Shown piece by piece: positions 1 through 13,900 of a stretch of 64,000 bases of DNA (within the stretch, counting starts at the first letter, position 1; every line of letters begins with the position of its first letter). The DNA comes from Lingula anatina. Lineage: Eukaryota > Animalia > Brachiopoda. The stretch covers positions 5,828,001 through 5,892,000 of the forward strand of contig CM120642.1 in assembly GCA_051362555.1 (NCBI GenBank). The letters are read 5' to 3'. The position numbers and the translations under genes were made by a program. Under the pieces are notes generated by a model. It did no database searches and had not been told where the DNA came from. It saw nothing but the letters and a program-made list of their open reading frames with translations.

Positions 1-51
1 AATAGAGAAAACTGAAATGACCCTATCTTAAATCAATTTTATAGATTTTAC

Positions 52-1585
52 CTCTTCAAAATCTGTACTGTGTTCTCTATAAAACGATTCTGAGCAAGGG
101 GGGATTTCCAACCCAATGTTTTCGTCTCCATCTGAATAACATAAAATTCTTTCATGTGCCATGTTAAACATCAGTCATTTGTGAATAAACCCAATTGGAA
201 GTCAAAAATTATGATTTTTCAGTAAGTTTCATTTATGCAAAATCATAGATCCAATAACTGATGAGATAATAGCATTCAACCTTACTGAAATAAAGCTAAA
301 ACGTACCAATATCCTCGCTCCCAGAGCTCTCCCATTCCCCCTCGTCCATATCTCGCCGACTTTCCTGAAACTCTTCAAAAAATCAAAAGCTGTATCATTT
401 CCATAAATAGAGGCATTCATATGCACATCGCACCATGAAACAGACGATAATTGCAGAAATTTAAACTTCACAACTCAATTCCTTATTTTGTCCTTTCGTT
501 CTCAACAAGAATGTGATTAACATGGATTTTCAAGGCAGTAGAAACAGTAATCAGGACTAATTAACCTCAAGGTGGTGTTTCGTTTATCTTAACTTACCAT
601 TTTTCAAAGCCACGGCTAATTGCTTAAAAACTTTGTCACCCGCCTGTCGTAAAGCCTGAACGAGATCATGAAACCAGGACTTGCGTGACGGCAGGTTGTT
701 CAGAATATCCAGTATCCGTCCAAGCGTTTCCTGCTGCGTTGAAGGACTTTCAGTACTATTGCCAACAAGGTTCGCTAGCACCGTGAACAAGCGTTCTCTT
801 TGGACACCATTAAGTTTAGGGATTTTATATTTGCGTATTTCTCTTAGTACGCGGTCCTCTGGCTCCTCTTTAACGATGATATCCGCTCTAGAATTTTCTT
901 TGAAATAAAAAACACATCACAGGTTCAGAATAAAAAGCAACCATTAACCAATTTGGTAACTGAGATGTGTTGCTAAACAACAATTATAGAATAGATTCCT
1001 AACAATAATAATTTATTCTGTTGACACATACCAGTAAAATATACAGCAAAGATTTATTTTTGTCAGAGCTCTCAAAAGTGAAATATGAAATTATTTAAGT
1101 TAAAGATGTGAAAATAAAATGATTAATCTTCCGAAGAGCCGCTTAGTATATCTTGTACGCCATCAGTTATTTTCTTTATGAAGTTCAACATTTGCTATTT
1201 TAGAATAATTCCTTGGATCATATGAAAAGGTAACCGTCTCTCCAACTTGGAGACTAAAAATAAAAATGTCCGTTATGAAGTCTTAGCTTTTAAATATTAG
1301 ACCATTCTTTTGTCTACCCCGACTCATGATAATACTGCACTTGCTGTATATAACAAGAAATACATAGATTACATTACACTATTAGGCCTACTTTATTTAG
1401 GTGAACTACATGTAGGCCTTTTACATTTATCTTGAACTAAAGTAGATCGAGTTCTCGGTCCAAATATTTAAACCAATCTTTCGGTTAAAGTTTCATTTGG
1501 TGACAAGGAGAGCTTTCAATAAACAAATGTTCTTACCTTCAGAGGAAAACGTTTGTGGCTCTTCCATCGATTCAACCGAAGCCAT
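52..1585 (-). CDS. CARD/death-fold-containing initiator caspase-like protein (caspase-2-like), 5' part; gene runs off the left edge
   Basis: Phase-consistent exons 1537-1585 (MASVESMEEPQTFSSE, GTAAG donor), 598-897 (...LGRILDILNNLPSRKSWFHDLVQALRQAGDKVFKQLAVALKN, CARD-like helices) and 52-131 (DGDENIGLEIPPCSESFYREHSTDFEE). The last resembles the caspase-2 segment LQVKPCTPEFYQTH that precedes the p20 domain. The catalytic domain is not in the window. Confidence 0.6.
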
Positions 1586-2251
1586 GATTTTGTGTAACAG
1601 ATATCGACTGAAATCAAATAAACTGCATGAAATACAGGAAGCAGTTTATTTTCATCAGCATGCTGGTATCACATACAGGAGTATTGCACTTATCAATTTT
1701 CTAATCCCATCCCGGTCTTTCTACTATTTTTGTTTAATCCTATATGTGGTTTATGTTATCCATCTAATATCATTTTGTTGACATTTCCCTTTGAAATGTG
1801 CAAGGGGCGTGGCTGTCAAAATGGAAACATTTAAAACCAAATAAGATTTTATCTCTAAAATCGGCAGAATTGACCAGTGTAGGCCTACGGGCTACAATAC
1901 CGTGCCGACATTTTGGTTAAATGTTTTTGTTTTGGAGTTATGAGCCCGTAAATACAGATTTTCATTAAACAAAAGCATTATTTATCTTTATTAACCATTA
2001 AAACTGAATCTGAACTTGCATTCAGTGAGAGTCCCCACGGAGATGGGGCGATCTACGTAGGACGATATTTTCATTGGGAATGAGCCCTCACCTGAATACA
2101 TAAGCATTGTAAGCCTACATTGTACTATTACTAAACTATCTGTCAGAGGGCATTGCAGATACACATACTTCTTTCAAAAATATTTTCTTGGAGCACTAAA
2201 GAAAATCTCTGTGATGTAATAAACTAACATTTAACACGTCAGTAAACCTAC

Positions 2252-2460
2252 CTGTTTTGATCAGCTAATCAGCGTCAAAATATAACGTTACTAGGTGGTA
2301 CGTTGGCTCTAGTGCGGAGATAGCGTCTCGATCAACTAGCGCTCAGACGTCTCATGAGCATATGGGTCAGTGTTTTGCAACCGAACACAATGATCACTTT
2401 TTATACCAACTTTTTTTTTTTGGATTCTCCCGTCTTGTTTGGTTTCGATTTGATTAACAG
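2252..2460. promoter_or_regulatory. Putative bidirectional promoter and first non-coding exons of the caspase-like gene (-) and LRSAM1 (+)
   Basis: A minus-strand donor (CAG|GTAGG) at ~2251 and a plus-strand donor (CAG|GTATGG) at 2460/2461 face away from each other across a ~200-bp CpG-richer segment. Matching acceptors lie at ~1608 (-) and 3692 (+). Confidence 0.45.
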
Positions 2461-3775
2461 GTATGGATTTAAAATATAACTGTTATGGATGCTATTTTTA
2501 GAACTTGGAAATTTCCGTCGCACTTGGTATTAAAAATTATAAAAATGAAACATTGCATCCATGCTGAATTTATATAAATTTACTTGTGTTATCCTTAATC
2601 GAATATGGTCTTGAGTTTCAGATAACAAGTGCTAGATCATAAATCGTAATAAGCTTCTTTCCAGTACACTCGACTGTGGGATTTGGGATATCTTGGGGAA
2701 ATAGGGGGTTTGAAATGGAACAAACAACACGTCGATACTAACAGTCTTATTTTATAAAATTTATTACTATATCAAAATGGTATAAACAGAGTTTGTCTTA
2801 TCAAGCAAAATAATATTTTAACAGCTGTTGGTGAAAATAGACAAATGATTGTAGTATTGCTTATGTGGATGAATAGAATCGGTTTGCAGATATGTGACGT
2901 CAGTTGTCACATGATTATTGACCTAATTTCGCACAAGGTGTTTTGATGATTGATATTGCGAAAGAATCAGTTATTTTTATATATTCTAAGATGAGAGGTA
3001 AGTGCTACTGCTTGCTGTTTTTGAATGTGACTTTAAATACTTGATAAATGTTGATAAGCACAGATATTGTACGGAAATATTGTTCTTATATGAAGTTGCT
3101 GTGGAGGAGATAATTTTCTACAGTCGATATTCTTGCACAGTAGAGAGAAAACCTGTGCCTGTTTATTTTAATGTGTACAATCGTATGACTCTTTTTGTAC
3201 TTGTTTTGCACCTGTCTGAACTTCCTGGTGCACGTTGCTTAAGTCTAAAGCTAAATTCTACTATTGTATCAGAGGAAAAAATACAGAGATTTAGATTTAA
3301 ACCAATTTTTATTATAATACTTTGTTTTATAACGCATTCATTTATTTATTACATTAAATTTCATCGTGTCATACATTTTGTATTGCTCACTTGTTGATTT
3401 TAAGAAATGTCTGATATCAGGTTAGTTTGACTTGTGGATGAAAGTGAAAATTGTGTTAGGCCCCAGTTGTTTAGTGGCCCATATCCTACATGTTGTACTT
3501 ATGAGAGTCCCATATTTTTAACTGCATCACCTGGAAATCTATTAGTACAGAATCCTCTATTTCTAATATAATACATAAACCTAGCCACACCCCCTCAGCA
3601 ATTAAAGGCATCAGTTTTCAGACTCACCAATTTAAAAAAAATATTTCCTAGAAGTGGCTCATTTTCCATAACAAATTTGCTTTCTTTTTCAGATTCCATT
3701 TCATATTAAGATGGAGGAATATTTTATCTGAAGACAATTTGCTTAACTTGCTAAATAGGAAACATTATCTCTGCC

Positions 3776-4866
3776 ATGCCCTTCTTTAAGAAAGTCAGCG
3801 CAGATGACCAAAGGAAGTTGGAGCATAAGCTCTACCTGGTGAGTGCATTTCCACAGCCTAGTATCTTATTAAGGGGATCTGGGGGTCTACGAGACTTTAA
3901 AGGGTTATTTCTTTTCATCCCTTTATTTTCACTCCCTCTGCACCAAAAACTCATCCGTATCATTACTTCCCTGAATTGTTACTCCCCTATAGTGGTATTA
4001 CTGACATTACACATATTCATTAATCCCATTACCAATGCTCCCTTGCATTGCTACATTCTCATGTCCTAAATCCCCTTTGTACACTTTTCCTTCTCAATAT
4101 TATTTATGGTACATTATACAGGTGGAATTCTACTTCACAACTTCCCATTGGGTTGCATGTTATTTCTCAACAACTGACATTATTTTGTTGACCAGTCGGG
4201 TAAAGCAGCTGCAAGTCATGCACAACACCCTTATGTTATGTATTACTAATATATGGTAACTAAATGAGTCCGAGTCCTAAGAGGAGTATTTATAATATAG
4301 TATGTGAACCATTTGACTTCTATTTCTAATGCAAATTTTATGTTAGTATTTGATAGATGGCTGTCTTAAAAAAACAGGGTATTCATTAGAGTTTGAAATA
4401 TATATTCAAATTTGCATTGAATGAAAAGGAAAAAAAAAACAAAATAACATGGCTGTTCATTACTAAATTGTTCTGTAACTCAGTATGAGCAGTCTATATG
4501 GTTCACATGCATGCTTAATGTAAATGATGAGATATAAAGTATTGTAGGTAAATGGACAGTGAATTATTTAGTTAAAAAGATGATCAAATTTCTAATATTT
4601 TTCAGAACTTCAAGGTATATGAGCTGTTGTTTCGTTTCAGGCAAAAGAGAGTCCAGATGCAACATTTGATGTGTCAGAATGCAGAGTGTATGAGGTGAGC
4701 TGTCACCCAACGACTTCAATTAATATACACTGACAGAACCAGGGTTTTAGTATTTGTGTATGGGGGAGGGGGAAAAGGATAAAAATTGTGTATTAAATGG
4801 TGTATGAGGACAAATTTTCTGTAATAAATAGGGTCTTAAGGATGGATGTCTGTTTGTTTGTTTGTC

Positions 4867-4916
<50 letters not shown>

Positions 4917-7900
4917 GTGGGGGGGGGGACAAGTACCTGTGAAGCTTGGGTTCACCATAACTCCCACCCTGCCCACCCTGAGCTTCAGAGATAACTTGAC
5001 ACTAACCTCTTCACTATAGCCTATCTTCATCGTGTCAAGTTACCTCTGACCACATTCGATTGCCCCTGCCGCCCGCCAATCAAATTTAAAGCCCGCACTC
5101 AATGACTCATTGAACGATCTAGCCAATGAACGCGAGCGAGTCAAAGCGCGCTTTGTTCAAATCCGGACCAATCAAAGATAAGGCTGAATATCAGGGACTT
5201 GCCGTAACCTGTGGGCAGCACGCAAAATACATCATCCCTCAGTAGATAATGATGCAGGGCCTCAAACTGCTCTGGTTTCAATTCCGATATACTCATATTT
5301 TGCAAAGAATCAAGAGATAACTTAACACATTATTTTACGTAGTCACTCGTAGGAGATGCCATGCTTTCTTTGTGTACGGTTATGCACTCGGATTACTCGG
5401 ATGTCTCCGCACTCGACAATAACTTTGTTGTTAGTATGGAGCTTGCGGAATCAGCCGAGGATTACCGATTGACGGTCAACCAATCAGCGTTTTCACCAAA
5501 CTTTGGTGAAAAATTTTGAAACTTGGATTCGATTGGCTTATATAAACTAGGTCAAACTATTTTCATCAGAGGTAACTTGACACGATGAAGATAGGCTATA
5601 GTGAAGAGGTTAGTGTCAAGTTATCTCTGAAGCTCAGGGTAACCCTGCCCTGAGTGTGCTGTTGATTTGTTTGAAAGTTTGCTGCTAAATGTGTGTGATA
5701 CTTGGTAGTCCTTCTTGCAAAGTTCGTATTTTATTTTATGATGTATTAATTTATTATTCTTTGTTTCAGATTCCTTCTGGGATTTTCTCCCTATGCAAAG
5801 TACTGAGGAAAGAGGTTTGATGATATTCTTATCACAGACATGAACAGTTTTTTATTCAGAGAACTTTGATATGCTATCTGTATTACTTTAACTTTCTTTT
5901 GGTATGTAGTTTAAACCTGAAGTAACACATTTTTAATTCAACTGCATGAAGTTCCACCACATCAGCTGCACAAATATGTAATTTTATAATGCAAACAGAT
6001 AATTAAATTTTTATAAATTTAAAGAATGTGTATAATTTTGATTTTGTACCTTTTATTTATTTATTTTTTCTGTTTTACAGGCCTTAATTTTGTTTGGAAA
6101 CCATTTTTCTTCATTGAAAGGTGGCGGCAGCCTTAGTGAACTTAGTTCTCTACGGGTAAGAAAGAAAATTAGTGTAAGGGGGTAGCAGAAGTAATGGCAG
6201 ACTCTTTAGTGCAGTGAGGTGCTGAATGAAAGCTGACAGAATTTGTCCACGGATGTTTTTCTTGTTTTCTTATACATTCAGACAAATTGCAGTTTATTGC
6301 ATAAAAGTGTGAATTAAGTATGTATTTTTTTAGTATCCATATTGTTTTTGTTTTCCAAGTCAGCATTCCTGGCATAAATAGTTTCATCCATATCGCAAAA
6401 AAAAATCATGATTCTTGCACTTTTTCTCACCACGATTCTAAGCACCAACCATCAGTGTTTCTGAATATCAAATTCTTCAAATTGTGATATTTAATATTGT
6501 ATTTATTACCAGGTTCTTGATCTCCATGATAATGAATTCTCCAGCTTACCAGAAGAGATAGGGGAGTTACAAAACTTACAGGTATTGTATGGTTGAGGTC
6601 AAGTCTGCTGCTGCTGGTGCTTTTTTAATAGTCGGAAATTATCAGAAATACTGGTGGTGTTTATCTCTATGTTTTCCACACATTTTTCTTAAAAAAACGT
6701 CCGAGAATTGTTAAACATTTCTGTTAAAGGCTTACGGTATTGGTTATTTTCTCAGGATTTGCCTACAATACTTATGATAGACTAGTCAAATATTGTTGAA
6801 AAATACTGACCCAAGCATATAATAGTGCACGTGCAATTTTGATAAGACCTACATCACATTAAACTAGAATGAAACTCAACAAAGATGGACAGTAGGTTCT
6901 TTGCTTTAACTGTTCTATAATAATTATATTAGTTATTTCTGCCACAAAATGTTATTTTCTTTCGTTTTATTTATGCCTTCATCTTAATCCAGGTTTTAAA
7001 TCTTGCCAGTAATAAACTGAAAGAACTCCCCTCCAGCATTGGGAAGCTTAAAGTATTGCAGACACTCAATGTGAGAGGTGAGAAAGTCATTTGGCAGGTT
7101 GCCAGCACTTTAATATTTCTGTTACATAATTGTGAAAAAACAATTTAACCAGACAACCCCCTGGGTTTTAGAGATTAATTAATGGAAACATCTGTCAGTG
7201 AATGAGAGGCATAGACAATACTATGCTGATAGTGAACGTTGATTTTCAGTAATCTCTGAGACTCTTAATCAGCAAAAGCTTCACATAAAACATTGATTGG
7301 AAATTTAGGTTTTTCAAGAATGTAACAGTGATGTGTAATACCTAAAATTACTTCAATCACGAGCTCTTCATTGTAATAGTGTGAGGAAGCAGAATGTTAA
7401 AAACACTAAAAAAGCATTTTAAGTTATATTGAAAGATTAAGGGTATTTATTAAAAAATAATGATGATATTTTTTCATTGCAGACAACAAATTAAAAGTCC
7501 TCCCAGAAACCCTTTGTCAGTTGTCACGGTTACGTACACTAGATGTCTCTGGCAACCATATCACTGCATTACCCAAGAAGCTCTGCAATATTCGTACACT
7601 TGATACTCTGATAGTAACAGCCTCTGACATGAAAATGCCTCCAGCAGGTTCGTATGAAAAATGTCTTCTGAAAAATCTTTGGTTGGACAGTTTAACTAAA
7701 CAGGCATTGTTTGTTTTTCCTGTTACTATTTTGCTTTTAGTAGTAGATTTTATTAGTCTGATGTCTGCAAGTTCTTATCTGTTCAGGTAAACAATAGAAA
7801 AAAGATTGATTTGTGCCATTTTTCTCTGAATTATATGGCTGAAAGTTCATGTAAGATTTCAGCCATTCCTATTGATGACAACTGTTTGCCCATTCATTGT

Positions 7901-10900
7901 CACAGGTGCTTCAGTTTGATATAAGTCAGAAAATGGATATATCATTAATCAACTTTATTTCTGTTATTCATTTGACTGTCCTTGTCAAAATGTTTGCAGA
8001 AAGTATACTACATGGTTTACAAATAGTTAAAGCATAGAAAGTTTAGGGTAAGGAAGGACAAGAACTTCAAGAAGTGTATTGTGTGTGAATATTTTTAAAA
8101 ACTAATCTAAAGAAATCATTGATAAATACCTTGTGTATTAAAAAAGAGATCTTCTTTGTGACTATTTCAGACATATGCAACCAAGGCGCAGAGACCATTA
8201 TGAAGTATTTATGCAGTGGTATGTAATGATATAAATCAAATAAATATTTGAAAGATAGAAGAATGGGATGAATGGAGGTCCTTTACCTTTCTGTTATTAA
8301 TATGCTATATTGGTCAACCAGGCCATTTGTATTTGATTTGATTTGATGATCATACAGGAATATATATAATAGCAGTAATGGTGGTCAGATTTTGATTATG
8401 TATTGTTTGGATATATATTATAGAATATGTGTGGTTAACTTTCGCTTAATGCTTGTATGTAGTACTGTTCCTCCCTTGTTATTTGCTTAAGATAAACATA
8501 TACTAAGAATAACCAAGAAACTTTTTATGTGATTTTCTTTCTAAAAATTTACTGTAAAATATTAAGTTTTTAAATCTTTTATTTTTTCATCATAGAATGT
8601 GGTATAGAATATATACCACCCTCCAAGGTATTGCTTGACCAGCTGGACTCTCCACTGGACATGGAGACAAAGTGGAGAAAACAGTCCCTCAGAGCTATGG
8701 AGGAAGAAAACTTAAAGGTAATGGACGCGTCCCATGATACTTCATATATAATTATCATCCTGTATCTTTTTTACTTGGCCTCATTCTCAAACAGTCTCTT
8801 TCAAAGTGTTTGTTTGAGAATGAGGCCAATGGAAGTTGAAGCTGTTAGAGAATGAGTCCTCCCTTTTATGCTTTTTGAGTGGAAGCAGGTGGCATTCCCT
8901 CAACCTCTTTACTTGTATGGAGAGCAGAAGAGAAGAAATTGAGAATTTTTTTGTGGGGGCTATTGGCAAAAAAAGTTCACACTGAGGGTTGTTCTTTAAT
9001 TAAAGATTGATAAATACTTTTATATTAATTCACAATAAATGCATAGTTTCCCATTCAAATTAGGTTACCACTGATCTTAAACTTAAGCAGTTTTTTTAAA
9101 CAATCACATTATGTTATTATGAGTGCAAGTGGACTAATGCTGATATATCAGCTAGAATTTTTTAGTCTTAAAGTTAAGACCAACTTTTGGTCAAATGCTG
9201 TTTTGTGGAAACATTGTCTGGAGTTATTATTTTCTATGGGTGAACTTTCTTCATTGTAAGGTGCACACGATGTATTCCTGTGTATAGTGATCATGTGACC
9301 CATTTTCACTTGATTTGCTTGGACACTTCATTGGTCTGGATAACAATAGACATAAGAAAAATGCAAAATTTTTGTCATGCGACACAGTCTACAGTTTACC
9401 TCAAGCACTATCAGCTGTTCTGAACAAGCCCTGTTCATGCAATAAATGAAGTTCACCCTGTTACTGCACAGTATCCTTTATACAGTTATTCTGTCAATTT
9501 TTTTCACATGCACAAAAAATGCTTGATCAGGCACTGTCGACTGCTTGACCTGTCCTTGTCAACTGCTTGACCTGTCCTTGTCAATGCACTTGCCTAAGTT
9601 CACTATTACTTGTTCTTTTGCTGGTGCTGTTTAAACCCCCCCCCCCCCCCCCTCCCAACACTCTCTCTCTCTTTCTCTCCTCATATGTATGCACGGCTTT
9701 AAAGAATCCTGTAGACATTTGATTGTTTTATTCATCCAAAATATAGTTCTGTTATTTTTAAGATGTTTAGAAATAATGTCAAAGAATATATATATCATAT
9801 TGTATGAAGGGTTCCAGTGTTAAAATTTAATGAATAAGATATCATTTTTTTTTTTTTTTTGGTCAGTTTTGTTTATCTTACTTATGATGCTCAGGATTGC
9901 ATGAACAGCATTTGAAGAATGGGACTTAGTATTTTGTAAATTAAAAATCTTAGTATTATGGATGGCATGTTAAATTTGATAACTCTTGATGAAAAAAACC
10001 AACTTCAGAGAAATGTTTCAAATTAATTTTCAAATTGAATAGAATTATGGAAGTAAATGTTTGATTTTTAGAATGTTGTATTTTATACTATTTTTTGTTA
10101 AGTGCATGAAAACCTCTACCTATTGATTATTAATACTTTTATATATTACTATTATTGTATTATTATTATCATTATTATGAAATACTTCAATGAAAACCTT
10201 AGTCTCAACAATAGCAATTATTTTTGTGTAGATTATAATTTTATTTGGGGGGAAACCCTTCTTCACCAGGACTAACTTCACAGTAAATACTATTAAATCA
10301 TTGTCATTAATTAAGCTAGATACATTTTATTTATTTTTCCTGATATATATTATTTTTCTTTTTCCCTTTGAAGGATACCTTGCAACATTACCAAAGCCTA
10401 AAGGTAGATGATGATAATTGTTTTTAATTGCTTCTTTTCTCTAGGATTCACTCATGAAATTTCAGCCAACATGGATATTCAAACTTATTCTAAATTTAAC
10501 ACCTTATTTAATCATATTTGATTGAAATGGAGAAGTTGCATGAGTGGTTTCTTGGTTTTGGTGTTTGCTACCTTACACGTAGATTAGTTTTTTTTTTTTT
10601 TTTTTTTTTTTTTTTGTAAAGAAAAATTGATATGTAGTATGTTATTAGACACTTTTTAATTTTTGCGTGCTTTTCCATGCTATAATCACTACATGTTCAT
10701 CAATCTGATGTTACCTCTTTGTCAGTGGTACATAATATAATAATATGTAGATATTTAAGTAAGCAAGAGAAAATTTATCCATACCTTTACATCGTTATCA
10801 TCTCACTGTCTCTAGTTAAATAGATAGATCATCGGATATTGCTTGCTGTATTCATCATAAAGATAGATTAATCATCCCATTTTGCTCACTGTAGAAAAAT

Positions 10901-13900
10901 CATCACATTTTGCTCACTGTCTTTAGCAAAATCACACATATTATCAATGTCTTTAGCGAGTGTTGGCAAACATTTCATAATTTGTTCATGTGAGCAAAAC
11001 TGAGCTCATAGTTGGTAGGATTTTACAAAGAATAAGAGAACATTATAGGTAAATTAAATGGCTTCTTTACATCACAGGATAAGAAAAGAGAACAGGCCAC
11101 AGCCCTAGAGAGGGCGCTGCGTGAGGAACAGGAACAACAAGCCCAATTAGCAGTCTTGGCAGCATCAAAGAGAGATGACCTCATTAGACTATTGGCAGAG
11201 GTGAGAATGCATCTTCTGCGGTGTGTCTGTGATGTGACATTGTCAAATGAAGATATAGCAGTCTCTATCTTACCTCTGAAGAGTATCTAATTATGTAAAA
11301 GGACTGCTGTATGCTCTTCATATCTCTGACTTTTTGGAAAATTTCTTCAAGTTACTCAAAAGATTGGAGTTTGGCAAAGCAACAAGCTTAAGTTTGCAGG
11401 AAAAATTCTTTTTTCAGATGTCTGAAGATAAATGAGTTAAAGGGTAGTGATGGTGCAGAGTGTGCTGGGGGCTAAGTTGACTAGTGAAAAAAATGAATAT
11501 ATTTGAAAACTAAATCAAATTGTACTTGTTTGACTTTGTACTAATAAAAAATGGTAATAAAGGATAAGACAATTCAGTGTGGGTTATTTTAGGATGAGAA
11601 CAAGAGGCAGGGGGAATTTACAAAGTTGACTCAACAGAAAGAAGAAGAAAGACAGAAACTGGTGGCTACATTATATCAAGGTAGGAAGTAGATGGATATA
11701 ATTGGTGATTTTGACAGCATTAACCTTCACATGCTACTATTCTGCTAAAATTCTGCTAAATACTGTAAACTGGTCTCTCTTTGACCATATTCACACTGAA
11801 GCTGATGATAACCTAATGACTTTATGTAGGCCATTGAGCTAAATAAGTTGCGACTCTTAATTGTAGTTCAGCAGAATATAATTGTTTTTATACCAGCTTC
11901 AGATGTTCTCAAGATGATTATGGGTGAAATCTAGGCGTTTTTGCCCTGCTTTATGGTTTTATTGTATTATTGGGACTTTGGAGTCGCTTCCTCTTGTGGA
12001 TGTAAATCTATCTTTTTATTTAACTCAACACTAGTGTTGCATTGTGCAGGCATGGTTAAGGTTTAATCAAAGACTCCTTCAAATTACATGATCAAGACAA
12101 ATGTATGACCTGCATTATGTAAACCTGACATTCTAATAATGAACCATAAAGGTGGGGATCTTAATGTACTTTACAGTGGAGCAAGGGGCCAGTGAGCTGA
12201 TCAATAATATATTGGAAATGAATGAAAAAGCCCGCAGAACAGAGGAGATATTAGAACAGATGGAGAAGGAAAGGTATGTTGAGTATTAAGACTCTGGGTT
12301 CATGTATGCAGCATGGTTGTATGAAAAAACATTACTTCACAAGATTTGTGAATTAGTATAATTTACTGGAAATGACTGGGATTCCTCTTGGTTGTAAAAC
12401 AAAAACATTTCAAACATCTATCAAGATTCAGATTTATCACCAGATGTGCCCTCGACTGCACAGTGGTGGACCAAAGTGGTTCTCATTTTAGCAGATTCTG
12501 AATATTTTTCCCTTTTGGATTCGATATTGTTTCTTACTGTGTGTTGTTATCATCTAGGATGGAGTTGGAGCAGTGGCTGGTGGTCCACCAGGAGGAAGAA
12601 GAGAACTTGAGAAAACAAGAAGTCCTTGGTGAATACTCCTTTTCTTTTCTGTTTTAATAAACTCACCATCAACATCATCACATTTTAAATACAATGTTTC
12701 ATATTGAAAAAATAAACCATGGTTTCTCTACTTAAAGTCAACAGCTTTTGCTTTGGAGTTTTGGAGTAAAAAGTTTTGCACGCAAGAGGTAAGAATATGT
12801 TAAATAAGAAAGTAAAATTTTTATTGAAATATCATTCGGAGTCCAAACACTTAAGTGGTGCTGTCTGCATTACTAAGTTTGTAAATGACCATTTTTTTTT
12901 TTTTTTTTTTTTTTTTTTGGCACATTGAGTCAGAGTTATTTTACAGGCATATTTCATGTGGTTTTTCAGTCAATATGGAAAGGATGCTGCAAGAAAATGA
13001 AAACTTTGAAAATATGCGGCAGATGTACTTGGCTCAGCGCCAGGAGGTAGCACAGAGAGCTCAGCAGAGGTTATTATGGGATAGAATTGGATTGAATGAT
13101 TTTGATTAAAGCTGTGTTTTATACATCCAATCTTTCATCATGTGTTTCGTTTAATAATTCATTTGCAATTGATCCAACTTATTTCTTTAAAAATATATTG
13201 TAATGTTTACGTGTTAAATTCTTATTGATGTACTTTTACTGTAACAGTTATTCTCAACTTTTCTGTCATTTCTCTTGTAAGAGATTTTCATAATCCTCAG
13301 TACTCTGTTTGTGACATTTTCATTTTTTTGCCAGATGTAGTAAGTTTATTTGACTGTTTATCCACTTGCACTTTATCCACTCATTTTCTAGAATTGAAGT
13401 AATTGAATTGAAAATCCAAATAATTCTGATGTGGAACTTCTTTCCATTTTAGTGTCGTGGATGCTGACAGTAATATCGAAAATCTTCTTGTAAACAAAGA
13501 CATGAGCAAAAAGGAATTCTTGGAACAGCTTATCAGAGAGGTAATTATATGTATAAATTGTTGTTGAGATGATGAATGTTGAAAATAAAACTGAAAAAAA
13601 AATAATTGAACCTTTTGAAATCTAAGTGAAATCCAAAGGTTCAGCTGGCTATAATAATTTTTTTTTGTGCAAGCTGTATTTGAATTTTCATCAATTAAAA
13701 GTTATGATAAGAAATAGCAGATTCCAACCTCAAACTGTATAACATATAGAAAAAATATGAAAAGAAGCAGCAAAATTTAAACTTGCAGGGGTTTCTTAAG
13801 TTTGTGAAATGCATATTAGAAATTGGCCTTAAGAAGATATTAATAAATTATTTGGAAGATATTTAATGAATTGTTTATTTGACTTGACACTGTATGAAAT

